This document shows positions 1 to 8,562 of a DNA stretch of 29,930 bases, in pieces. The translations under genes were made by a program, and so were the position numbers. The stretch covers positions 1 to 29,930 of the forward strand of contig QMTB01000001.1 in assembly GCA_003649845.1 (NCBI GenBank). The letters are read 5' to 3'. This DNA comes from Thermoplasmata archaeon (GTDB taxonomy: Archaea > Thermoplasmatota > E2 > DHVEG-1). Each line of letters opens with the position of its first letter. The stretch's first letter is position 1. The notes below the pieces were generated by a model. That model was not told the DNA's origin and made no database searches. It saw only the letters and a program-made list of their open reading frames with translations.

Positions 1-222
1 CGTATAAAAAAAGATATACAAATGTTTGAAGAAAACCTGCATAAACTAGATAATAAAAAAATAATAAACCATGAGATAATTGAACTTGCCAAACAATACT
101 ATCAAGATTCAAAGTATTATCTAGAAAAGAAAGATTACTTCACTTCCTTTGGATGTATAAACTATGGACACGGTTTACTAGATGCATTGCTAATAATAGG
201 AGGGTTAAAAGATGAAGATTAA
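1..222 (+). CDS. DUF357-family small helical protein, probably 5'-truncated by the window edge
   Basis: Frame is open from base 1 (RIKKDIQ-MFEENL...). The pattern ELAKQYYQDSKYYLEKKDYFTSFGCINYGHGLLDA matches the archaeal DUF357 consensus as I recall it. Confidence 0.75.
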   Translation, partial: RIKKDIQMFEENLHKLDNKKIINHEIIELAKQYYQDSKYYLEKKDYFTSFGCINYGHGLLDALLIIGGLKDED

Positions 223-760
223 AGGAAATATGGATAAATACTATTACTACTCCTTTCCTATGCAAGCAGTTCTTGTAACCTGTATGGATAGAAAAGGTAG
301 AACTAATATTATAACGATAGCATGGCATACACCTATATCCAAGGAGCCACCGCTATATGGAATAGCTATCGCACCTAAAAGATACTCTCACAAACTTATC
401 AGTGAAACCAAAGAATTTGTCATAAATTTTCTACCATTTAAACTAGTAGATAAAATTCATTTCTGTGGAACACATAGTGGTAGAGAGATAGACAAGGTTG
501 AAGAAACAAAATTTACATTAAAACCTTCAGAAAAAATAAATACACCTAGAATAGAAGAAGGTTATGCTCATTTTGAGTGTATACTTCATTCAAAAAACAC
601 TATAGGAGACCACTCTTTTTTAATAGGGAAAATAGAAAATATATTGATAGAAGAAAAAGTTTTTACAAATGATATACTAGATAATAAGAAAATAAAACCT
701 GCATATTATGTAGGAGGAAATAGTTATACTACATTATCCGATGATTTAGAAACCTTCTGA
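212..760 (+). CDS. Flavin reductase-like FMN-binding split-barrel protein (flavoredoxin family)
   Basis: Motifs P..AVLVT, NIITIAWHTP, PPLYGIAI, EFVINF, GTHSGREIDK, HFECI, GDHSFLIGKI. Overlaps the DUF357 3' end by 11 nt. An alternative start at 230 is possible. Confidence 0.9.
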   Translation: MKIKGNMDKYYYYSFPMQAVLVTCMDRKGRTNIITIAWHTPISKEPPLYGIAIAPKRYSHKLISETKEFVINFLPFKLVDKIHFCGTHSGREIDKVEETKFTLKPSEKINTPRIEEGYAHFECILHSKNTIGDHSFLIGKIENILIEEKVFTNDILDNKKIKPAYYVGGNSYTTLSDDLETF

Positions 761-1548
761 TTCAAATGAAACTCAATATGATCATCAGGTTTAACATCTA
801 ACTTCCCAGCAGCGTTACCTTGATTCATACTTATCTCAACGAAATTACTACTACCTATAACAACTAAAAGTTCACCTTTATCGGCAGAGGCATAATTTTC
901 TAAGAACCTTAATTTATAATCCTCTCCTTGAAGAGAGATTAAAATCTCCTCACCATATTTAACAAAATTCTGAAAACTTTTCCCATCTATATTTGTAATA
1001 ATATTCCCAAATCTATCAATATGTAATACAGTACTATAAACAGAATCATCTGAAAACACTGCATTTGGTAACTGAGAATCTATATAATCATATATTCTAG
1101 GTCCAATACTCTCAAAAGGTATACCTTTTGATATATGAGCTGCAACTGGTGCAAAAATATCTCTACCATGAAAGGTATTAGATATAGTATCAAGCATATA
1201 TCTTGTATTCTCAATACTATAAACTATGAAATCACCTAACATATGAGCTGCAGGCATAAGTAAACCATTATCAGGTCCTACAAAAACATGTTTCTTTGTT
1301 ATAACTACTATACCACGTCTATCTGTACCCACTCCTGGATCAACTACTGCAACATGTATAGATCCTATGGGAAAATATGATACTGCAGATCTTAGAATAA
1401 AAGCTCCTTCTCGTATATTTTGAGGTGTAACCTCATGGGTTATATCAATGATATTTGAAGATGGGGAGATAGAGGCTATAACACCTTTCATCTGTGAAAC
1501 ATAGCTGCTTTTCAATCCGAAATCGGTAAGTAGTGTAACTATAGTCAT
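724..1548 (-). CDS. SAM hydroxide adenosyltransferase / SAM hydrolase (DUF62 family)
   Basis: TLLTDFG, HVAVVDPGVGTDRR, FVGPDNGLL, STFHGRDIFAPVAA, IDRFGNIITN, GSSNFVEISMNQG. Start set at ATG 1548 because an AGGGTGG SD lies just upstream and overlaps the track's GTG at 1557. Confidence 0.93.
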   Translation of the reverse strand: MTIVTLLTDFGLKSSYVSQMKGVIASISPSSNIIDITHEVTPQNIREGAFILRSAVSYFPIGSIHVAVVDPGVGTDRRGIVVITKKHVFVGPDNGLLMPAAHMLGDFIVYSIENTRYMLDTISNTFHGRDIFAPVAAHISKGIPFESIGPRIYDYIDSQLPNAVFSDDSVYSTVLHIDRFGNIITNIDGKSFQNFVKYGEEILISLQGEDYKLRFLENYASADKGELLVVIGSSNFVEISMNQGNAAGKLDVKPDDHIEFHLNQKVSKSSDNVV

Positions 1549-1710
1549 AACAACCACCCTTTATTAGTAGCGAATGAGATATCAGTTAACCTACAGAGAG
1601 ATATAAATAAATTTCGTATTATACCATATAAATAGATAGGATCGACCTTTAACTAAAAAAGAGATGTCCTAATAAGTCTTTGATGTAAAAAACTTCATAG
1701 TACAATCCTT

Positions 1711-1728
1711 GTTGAAATTATTTATATT
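1711..1728 (+). promoter_or_regulatory. Putative BRE/TATA promoter of purE-guaAB-guaAA (probably leaderless)
   Basis: gttgaaatta-TTTATATT; the TATA begins about 31 nt upstream of ATG 1752 and no SD is visible. Confidence 0.55.
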
Positions 1729-1751
1729 AGTATTGATGATTCCCCTATTCT

Positions 1752-2201
1752 ATGAAAGTTCATATAATTATGGGTTCAAAATCTGATGAAGAAGTTGCTA
1801 ATAAAGCTGCTAGAATCCTAGAAGAATTTGATATCTCCTATGAGGTAACCGTTGCATCTGCACATAGAACACCTGATTATCTAAAAAAAATCGTTGAAAA
1901 TAGTGACGCTGATTTGTTTATAGGGATAGCTGGTTTATCCGCTGCTCTACCCGGTAGTATCGCATCTCATACTATTAAACCTGTTATAGGAGTACCAGTA
2001 AGTGGTAAAGTTAATCTTGATGCTATACTCTCTATAGTTCAAATGCCTCCAGGTATACCAGTTGGTGCAGTAGGTTTAGATAGAGGTGATAACGCAGCGC
2101 TTTTAGCGGTTGAGATTCTATCTCTCTCAAATGATAATCTAAAAGAAAAACTAGTAGAATACCGTGAAAATATGTGTAAGAAGATAGTCGGAGGAAAATA
2201 A
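1752..2201 (+). CDS. purE: AIR carboxylase / N5-CAIR mutase PurE
   Basis: [56 protein letters not shown]. Confidence 0.95.
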   Translation: MKVHIIMGSKSDEEVANKAARILEEFDISYEVTVASAHRTPDYLKKIVENSDADLFIGIAGLSAALPGSIASHTIKPVIGVPVSGKVNLDAILSIVQMPPGIPVGAVGLDRGDNAALLAVEILSLSNDNLKEKLVEYRENMCKKIVGGK

Positions 2202-2205
2202 AGAG

Positions 2206-3153
2206 ATGTTCAAACCAGAGAGATTTATAGAGGAAACAGTTTCTAAACTTAGAAAGGAGATTAAAGGTAAAGCTATTATAGCATTCTCCGGTGGTGTTGA
2301 CAGTACAGTTGCTGCTGCTCTAACAAATAAAGCAATTGGTGATAGACTAACAGCAGTTCACGTTGACACAGGGTATATGAGGAAGAATGAATCTAGAGAA
2401 GTAAAAGATCTTATGGATGAAATGGGTTTAAACTATAGGTTTATAGATGCAAAAGAGGAGTACTATAAAGCCTTAGAGAAGATAGAAGACCCGGAGGAGA
2501 AACGTAGGATAATAGGTGAAAAATTTATACGTATCTTTGAGAGAATAGCTGAAGAAGAAAAAGTAGAATACCTAATACAAGGTACTATTGCACCAGATTG
2601 GATAGAATCAGGGGATCAATTAAGAGATACCATTAAATCTCATCATAATGTAGGGGGACTACCAGAATATATGAAGTTAAAACTAGTTGAACCACTACGA
2701 GATCTCTATAAAGATGAGGTTAGAAAAATAGCTAGAATACTCAAACTTCCTGTTGCAGAACGACAACCTTTTCCAGGTCCAGGTCTTGCAATAAGAGTCA
2801 TTGGAGCTGCAACAAGAGAGAAGACTGAGATTGTTAGAGAAGCTTGTGCTATTGTAGAAGAAGAGATAGATAGAGCAGTTAAAAACAATGAGATGACATA
2901 TCCATGGCAGTATTTCGCAGTATTATTACCTATTAGAACAGTTGGAGTCCATGGTGATAAAAGAGCGTATGGTTATACTATTGCAATAAGAGCTGTAGAA
3001 AGTATAGATGCAATGACCTGTAACTATAGTCATATACCTCATAATGTTTTGGATAGGATTTCAACTAGAATTACAAATGAACTGGGAGATAGAGTTAACC
3101 GTATTGTATATGATATAACAAATAAACCTCCTGGAACAGTTGAATGGGAATAG
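2206..3153 (+). CDS. guaAB: GMP synthase (glutamine-hydrolysing), ATP pyrophosphatase subunit B
   Basis: PP-loop AFSGGVDS, VDTGYMRKNE, PEEKRRIIG, QGTIAPD, IKSHHNVGG, RQPFPGPGLAIR, C-terminal DITNKPPGTVEWE. Confidence 0.97.
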   Translation: MFKPERFIEETVSKLRKEIKGKAIIAFSGGVDSTVAAALTNKAIGDRLTAVHVDTGYMRKNESREVKDLMDEMGLNYRFIDAKEEYYKALEKIEDPEEKRRIIGEKFIRIFERIAEEEKVEYLIQGTIAPDWIESGDQLRDTIKSHHNVGGLPEYMKLKLVEPLRDLYKDEVRKIARILKLPVAERQPFPGPGLAIRVIGAATREKTEIVREACAIVEEEIDRAVKNNEMTYPWQYFAVLLPIRTVGVHGDKRAYGYTIAIRAVESIDAMTCNYSHIPHNVLDRISTRITNELGDRVNRIVYDITNKPPGTVEWE

Positions 3154-3157
3154 AATT

Positions 3158-3736
3158 ATGGTTCGAATATATGTGATAGACAATGGTGGACAATGGACGC
3201 ATAGAGAATGGCGTACCCTTAGAGATCTAGGAGTTGAAACAAGGATTCTACCAAATACTACCCCCTTCAATATAATAGAAAAGGAGAGGGTAGATGGATT
3301 GATTTTATCTGGTGGAGCACCTAGAATGGGTTTACAAAGCGAACTTGGTAACTGCGGGGAATACCTTGAAAAATCTTCTTTCCCTATCCTAGGTATATGC
3401 GCTGGACATCAATATATCGCTAGATTTTTTGGAGGAGAGGTTAAACCATCTAAAATACCAGAGTTTGGAAAAATAGAATTAGAAATCCTAGAATCAGATG
3501 ATGAGATATTCAAAGATATACCAAGGAGAATTATAGCATGGGAATCACATAACGATGAAGTTACTAAGATGCCATCGAATTTTATTCATCTAGCTAAAAG
3601 TGAAAACTGTCTCATACAGGCGATGAAACATAGAGATAAAGCAATCTATGGACTACAATTTCATCCAGAAGTAGAACATACAGAGTATGGAGAAAAAATC
3701 TTTGAAAACTTCATAGAGATATGCAGACAATATTAA
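3158..3736 (+). CDS. guaAA: GMP synthase glutamine amidotransferase subunit A
   Basis: IDNGGQWTH, LILSGG, catalytic GICAGHQ, WESHNDEV, GLQFHPEV (Cys-His-Glu triad). Start set at ATG 3158, 4 nt after the guaAB stop, rather than TTG 3140. Confidence 0.95.
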   Translation: MVRIYVIDNGGQWTHREWRTLRDLGVETRILPNTTPFNIIEKERVDGLILSGGAPRMGLQSELGNCGEYLEKSSFPILGICAGHQYIARFFGGEVKPSKIPEFGKIELEILESDDEIFKDIPRRIIAWESHNDEVTKMPSNFIHLAKSENCLIQAMKHRDKAIYGLQFHPEVEHTEYGEKIFENFIEICRQY

Positions 3737-4296
3737 TCTTTTGAACCCCAATGTTCATATAAAGAATGAGTAAAACCTAGTTGATCCAATATTTTACCGA
3801 TGATAAAATCTATCAAATCATCTATTGTCTTAGGCTTATGATAGAAGCCTGGAGATGCCGGCATTATAATAGCTCCATTCAAATAAACCTTCTGCATATT
3901 CTCAATAGCCGATAAATCTAGAGGAGTTTCTCTAATTACTAAAACCAATTTTCTCCTCTCTTTTAGAATACATAAAGCTGCTCTACTGGTAAGAGTATCA
4001 GAATAACCATTAGCTATAGCTGAAAGAGTTTTTAAACTACAAGGTACAACAACCATTGCATCTATATTAAAAGAGCCGCTAGCTGGTGGAGCAAAGAAAT
4101 CACTGTTATCATAGAAGTAGTCAGCTATCTTTCTGATATCCTCAAGATAGTATGATGTTTCATATTCTAGAATATCCATAGCATTCTTAGATATAATCAA
4201 ATGTATCTCTACATTCATCTTCCTAAGTTCTTTGAGTAAACGAACGCCATAGATTACTCCAGAAGCTCCTCCTATACTAAGTAGTATTTTATCCAT
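3733..4296 (-). CDS. ubiX: Flavin prenyltransferase UbiX
   Basis: GGASGVIYG, PPASGS, VVPCSLKTLSAIANG, RETPL, PASPGFYHKP. Start overlaps the GGGPS stop (TAATG). Confidence 0.95.
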   Translation of the reverse strand: MDKILLSIGGASGVIYGVRLLKELRKMNVEIHLIISKNAMDILEYETSYYLEDIRKIADYFYDNSDFFAPPASGSFNIDAMVVVPCSLKTLSAIANGYSDTLTSRAALCILKERRKLVLVIRETPLDLSAIENMQKVYLNGAIIMPASPGFYHKPKTIDDLIDFIIGKILDQLGFTHSLYEHWGSKD

Positions 4297-5039
4297 TAAA
4301 CTCCCTCTATAGCTTCTATAATAGTTTTAAGATAATCTTTTAGATTCTCTTTATTTTTCTCTAAAGCAGTACCTGTAACTATGATATCCGCTCCTGCCTT
4401 AGCTTTTCCTCTAGCAGTTTTGGCATCTCTTATACCTCCGCCAACTAGCAAAGGTAAATCTACATTCTCTTTAACAGCAGATATCATCTCATTCGGCACT
4501 GGTTTAGGTGCACCAGAACCAGCTTCTAGATAAAAAAATTTCATTCCTAGATATTTTGCAGCAAGAGCGAAGCCAACAGCTGTTTTAATATCATTTCTTT
4601 TAACTGGATCGACTTTACCAACTCTACCAACAGTCATACCGGGTTCAACGATAAGGTATCCCATAGGTAGCGGTTGAATACCAGTGTCTCTAACAAAAAA
4701 AGCTCCTTTAACATGCTCTCTTATAACATAATCTACATCCCTAGAGTTTAATAGACTCATGAAGAATATACCATCCGCGTATTTGCTTAGATGTTCTGCA
4801 CTAGATGGAAAAAGTATAACAGGTAAGGTGCTTTGGGCTTTTATAGCCAAAATTGTTTCATCGACTTGTTTACTAGAAGCGATTGTTGAACCACCAACCA
4901 TAATAGCGCTGCTACCTGCCTCTTCTACAGTTTTTGCTAAAACCCCTGCATCATCAGCACTCTGTTTATCTGGATCTATCAAAGAAAAATGTAATTTTTT
5001 CTCCTCTAGTTTTTGAAGGATATAATCAGTAAGATTCAT
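4296..5039 (-). CDS. Geranylgeranylglyceryl phosphate (GGGP) synthase, group II
   Basis: LIDPDK, IMVGGS, LFPS, FFMSLLNS, MGYLIVEPG, YLEAGSGA, VGGGIRD, VTGT. AAGGAG SD upstream. Confidence 0.95.
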   Translation of the reverse strand: MNLTDYILQKLEEKKLHFSLIDPDKQSADDAGVLAKTVEEAGSSAIMVGGSTIASSKQVDETILAIKAQSTLPVILFPSSAEHLSKYADGIFFMSLLNSRDVDYVIREHVKGAFFVRDTGIQPLPMGYLIVEPGMTVGRVGKVDPVKRNDIKTAVGFALAAKYLGMKFFYLEAGSGAPKPVPNEMISAVKENVDLPLLVGGGIRDAKTARGKAKAGADIIVTGTALEKNKENLKDYLKTIIEAIEGV

Positions 5040-5100
5040 ATTTTCTCCTTAGGCAACATTCTACATAGTTTTAAAGTTTTTCAACAACTAGATTATGATA

Positions 5101-5150
5101 AATTTTTATAATCAAAGATTATTCTAAACATAAGAAAAAGTTGGTGAGGG
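5101..5150 (+). promoter_or_regulatory. Putative TATA box and SD of the pilin gene
   Basis: TTTTTATAA at 5103-5111; GGTGAGGG at 5143-5150, 6 nt before ATG 5157. Confidence 0.5.
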
Positions 5151-5156
5151 AAAAGG

Positions 5157-5579
5157 ATGAAGGTATATGGGTTTATAAAAAATCATAAAGGAGTATCTAC
5201 AGTTATAGCATCCATTCTTACTTTAGCTATAGTTGTAGCATTAGTAGCAGTAGCATACGTCTATATTAACAGCTCTACTTCAAATCTCTCCCCGGAGATC
5301 TCAGCGTTTATTACAGTTGATTATAGCAACGGTCAGATCAATATTGTTATGAATTCTGGGGATATGATAAAAAATGCTTTTAAAAATGGTTCATGGTATA
5401 ATCTAGAAGTTAAAATCAATGGAGCTATTGTAAATACTAGCAATGTCACTTGTTCAACTGGGGATGATTTCTTAGCTGGGAGTAAGATTACTATAACAAA
5501 AACTCTTCATAGTGGAGATACGGTATCCGTTATATATAAACCAGCGAATCAGCTACTTAGAGAATACACATATTCCTAA
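5157..5579 (+). CDS. Archaeal type IV pilin-like protein (class III signal peptide)
   Basis: Short basic leader ending KNHKG, then VSTVIASILTLAIVVALVAVAY, a prepilin-peptidase-type site followed by a hydrophobic helix. Small beta-rich head with five N-X-S/T sequons. Confidence 0.85.
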   Translation: MKVYGFIKNHKGVSTVIASILTLAIVVALVAVAYVYINSSTSNLSPEISAFITVDYSNGQINIVMNSGDMIKNAFKNGSWYNLEVKINGAIVNTSNVTCSTGDDFLAGSKITITKTLHSGDTVSVIYKPANQLLREYTYS

Positions 5580-6361
5580 ATCTTTGAGTTAAGAATCTTA
5601 TCGATTAGAGATTCACTACATGCAGCTATTATACTTGTTCTTTCATCTAGATTCAAAGGCATATCTATATCATAACCTCTACGGTTTCTTACTATTCCAC
5701 CTGCTTCTCTGAGTATTAAAATAGAAGCAGCTATATCAGTTACTCTTAGATATTCTCTACCCATTATATAGAAATCTATTGCACCTATAGCAACCATACT
5801 CATCTCCAGAGAAGCTGCTCCAAGAGATCTCACATTATTTTTATCTACAAATTGCAAAGCAAGATCATCTACATTTCTACCTAAATTAAGGCTTGATAAG
5901 ATACTATTAGAAGGGTGATCCGGGGTAAAAATCTGTTTATTATTAAAATAGGCTCCCCTTTCCTTTTCAGCTATAAATATATCACCAGTTGGAATATTCA
6001 ATACAATCCCATATTCAACACTATCTAAGGTATCTCTACCGATAGCAAGAGATGTAGCATAGAAGGGTATACCTCTAATAGCATTTCTAGTTCCATCTAT
6101 TGGATCTAACACCAAAGTATATTCTCCATTCATATCTATATACCCTGACTCCTCGCTGAGTAGATTCACCGGAATCTTAGATTTCCTAATATATCTAATA
6201 GCTACATCCTCTGCTATCTTATCTATATATTCTGTTGGTGTTCCATCTGCGCCGATACCAATATTTCTTCCTAGGTTGATATCCTGTGACTGTAAACTTC
6301 TAATCTTCCTGGAAATACTCTTCGTTATCCTCAAAGCTAATTCTTTAATCTCTAAATTCAT
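5576..6361 (-). CDS. Inositol monophosphatase/FBPase-family (FIG superfamily) phosphatase, possibly NADP phosphatase-like
   Basis: GADGTPT..IDK.AE, LLSEESG, VLDPIDGTRNA, RSLGAASLE, DIAAS..ILREAGG. Confidence 0.9.
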   Translation of the reverse strand: MNLEIKELALRITKSISRKIRSLQSQDINLGRNIGIGADGTPTEYIDKIAEDVAIRYIRKSKIPVNLLSEESGYIDMNGEYTLVLDPIDGTRNAIRGIPFYATSLAIGRDTLDSVEYGIVLNIPTGDIFIAEKERGAYFNNKQIFTPDHPSNSILSSLNLGRNVDDLALQFVDKNNVRSLGAASLEMSMVAIGAIDFYIMGREYLRVTDIAASILILREAGGIVRNRRGYDIDMPLNLDERTSIIAACSESLIDKILNSKI

Positions 6362-7232
6362 CTTTTCTATCCATCCATATATATTCTACTCCAAATACCA
6401 TTAGAATACCTATAATTATAAATAAAGCCATGGATATTGAAAAGGGATATATTATTAATTTATCTATAGGTCTTTTTAATCCACCGATCATGATTCCTAT
6501 TAGAAAGGATAGAGTAACAAACCTATATTTCTTTATAAGGAAGGAGAGCAGATGAGAGAAAGATAGTATACCTATAACCGCTCCTATGAGATAAGCAAAT
6601 ATCGGTGGGAGATAAAAAACCCTCACAGCATTCAACATATAACTATATTGCCCTAATAGCAACATTATAAAAGCACCTGATATACCTGGAAGAATCATAG
6701 CGCATATGGAGATAATACCAGACACAAATATTATAGGTAAAGAATGATCTAACTGTATTTTAGATAAACTTAGGAAAAGATAAGAAGATAGAAAACCTAG
6801 AAATAAAGATATTAGATAAACTATTCTTTTCTCCTCCAGTCTAATATACAACACTATAGCGGAGGATAATATAAGTCCTAGGAAAAAGGAGTATACATAG
6901 ATACTATAGTTAGAGAGCAAGAAATGTATAATCTGTGCTAATACTAGAAAAGCTGTTCCTATCCCAAAAATTAGAGGCAATAGAAAATAAAAATCTATTG
7001 AATATATAGACTGCTTTACTCTATCAATATACCTCCTATCTGATATAGATAATATAAGATATAGAGGTATCTTTGGATCTATAGATTTGATAGCAAAAAC
7101 CAATTTATCATAGATACCTGTGATGAGAGCAATAGTTCCACCGGATATACCTGGTATAATATCAGCACTTCCCATAAGTAAACCTTTTAAAAAAAATATT
7201 AAAAGATGGCCTTTCTTAGCACTTCTAGACAT
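6345..7232 (-). CDS. DUF368-family membrane protein (putative polyprenyl-phosphate transporter)
   Basis: KGLLMGSADIIPGISGGTIALITGIYDKLV and a second repeat AMILPGISGAFIMLLLGQY; multiple hydrophobic segments. Confidence 0.92.
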   Translation of the reverse strand: MSRSAKKGHLLIFFLKGLLMGSADIIPGISGGTIALITGIYDKLVFAIKSIDPKIPLYLILSISDRRYIDRVKQSIYSIDFYFLLPLIFGIGTAFLVLAQIIHFLLSNYSIYVYSFFLGLILSSAIVLYIRLEEKRIVYLISLFLGFLSSYLFLSLSKIQLDHSLPIIFVSGIISICAMILPGISGAFIMLLLGQYSYMLNAVRVFYLPPIFAYLIGAVIGILSFSHLLSFLIKKYRFVTLSFLIGIMIGGLKRPIDKLIIYPFSISMALFIIIGILMVFGVEYIWMDRKDEFRD

Positions 7233-7251
7233 CCACTTCCTCCTCTCAATT

Positions 7252-8562
7252 TTAATCCTTAAAATCCTCTTTATTTGATTCTACAAATAAACCAAAACCC
7301 TTTTCACCTATAAATTCTCCATCATAGATTACTGGTTCTCCTCTAACAAAGAGATATCTAGGAAAAATTGCATGGAAACCTTCAAAGGGAGTCCAACCAC
7401 ATTTTGAATGCATATCCTCTGATCTAATAATTCTGCTTTCTCTATAGTTTACAACTATAAAATCTGCATCATAACCTATTTTAATACCGCCCTTTGGTGC
7501 ACCTAATAGCTTTGCTGGATATTCACATATAAGTTGAATAACTCTCCTCAAGGGTATCTTTTCTATCTTAGAGAGATAGAGGAATAAAGGATACATTGTT
7601 TCAACACCTGGAATACCAGAAGGTGCTTCATTAAACTCTGTCTCTTTTTCATCCAATAGATGAGGAGCGTGATCAGATTCAAGGTTATAGGCATATCCAT
7701 TGTGTAATGCATTGAATAGTTTCTCTCTATCACTATACATTCTAATAGGAGGGTTTACTTTAAACCAAGTTTCAGGTTTAGATGTTTTCTCTATACTATC
7801 AATATCTAATAGCGCATGATGAGGTGTTATACCATAGCTTATATTCTCAGGTTGATTCTTTAAAAAATCTATAGTTTCAGATGAAGAGATATGACAGAAA
7901 TGAATAGAATTCCTTATAGAATTAGATAAAACTCTTTTAATAGCCTCTATCTCACAAATAGATGGCCTCGCAGATAGATGATCTCTAAGATTATATTCTA
8001 TCCTCTTATATTTTTGGAGACATAATTCATCTTCTGCATGAAATAAGATAGGTTTCCCTGTTTCCTCTATTTTCTCCATAGCTTGTTGTAGATAAATAGA
8101 GGGTAAACTAAGAGAAGAAGTTGTTTCTCCAAGATATATTTTAAAGCCACTGCAGATTTTACCTAACTCATCAATTATATCGATGTTGCCTGCATTTACA
8201 CCTGCATAGATTCCAAAATCAATGAAAGAATGTTTTGAAGCTAATTCTTTCTTCTCTAAGAAACCCTCTATATTGGTTGTATTCGGCTTAGTGTTTGGCA
8301 TATCAAAAAAACAGGAGATACCTCCATATGCGGCTGCCTTGGAACCTGTTATAAAATCTTCTTTATATGTAAAACCAGGTTCCCGGAAATGCACATGGAT
8401 ATCTACACCAGAGGGTATTATGATGCTATGAGGAAATCTTTCTCTTCGATCGCCATCTAAAATTTTTTTGATAGATGTAATCTTCCCATCAGTTATACCT
8501 ATACAAGCTTCTTGAAAACCTTGCTTTGTATATATATTTCCTTCCACTACTATTTCATCCAT
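7252..8562 (-). CDS. pyrC: Dihydroorotase (amidohydrolase superfamily)
   Basis: DIHVHFREPG, DMPNTKP, FKIYLG, FHAED, HFCHIS, KVNPPIR, SDHAPH, APSGIPGVET. Start set at ATG 8562, overlapping the upstream stop (ATGGATGA). Allantoinase cannot be fully excluded. Confidence 0.85.
   Translation of the reverse strand: MDEIVVEGNIYTKQGFQEACIGITDGKITSIKKILDGDRRERFPHSIIIPSGVDIHVHFREPGFTYKEDFITGSKAAAYGGISCFFDMPNTKPNTTNIEGFLEKKELASKHSFIDFGIYAGVNAGNIDIIDELGKICSGFKIYLGETTSSLSLPSIYLQQAMEKIEETGKPILFHAEDELCLQKYKRIEYNLRDHLSARPSICEIEAIKRVLSNSIRNSIHFCHISSSETIDFLKNQPENISYGITPHHALLDIDSIEKTSKPETWFKVNPPIRMYSDREKLFNALHNGYAYNLESDHAPHLLDEKETEFNEAPSGIPGVETMYPLFLYLSKIEKIPLRRVIQLICEYPAKLLGAPKGGIKIGYDADFIVVNYRESRIIRSEDMHSKCGWTPFEGFHAIFPRYLFVRGEPVIYDGEFIGEKGFGLFVESNKEDFKD

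Noticed and set aside
724-1548. SAM-dependent fluorinase or chlorinase
   Set aside because: The DPGVG..R and TFHGRD motifs give the Asp-Arg-His triad of the common DUF62 SAM hydrolases; I see no halogenase-specific features or natural-product genes nearby.
1574-1606. 10-codon micro-ORF (MRYQLTYREI) in the DUF62/purE spacer
   Set aside because: No SD or suitably placed promoter, it overlaps the probable minus-strand TATA, and its length is expected by chance.
212-4296. Flavin reductase as the dedicated FMNH2 donor for UbiX
   Set aside because: Chemically plausible, but the genes are 3 kb apart, on opposite strands and in different transcription units; nothing in the sequence supports a link.
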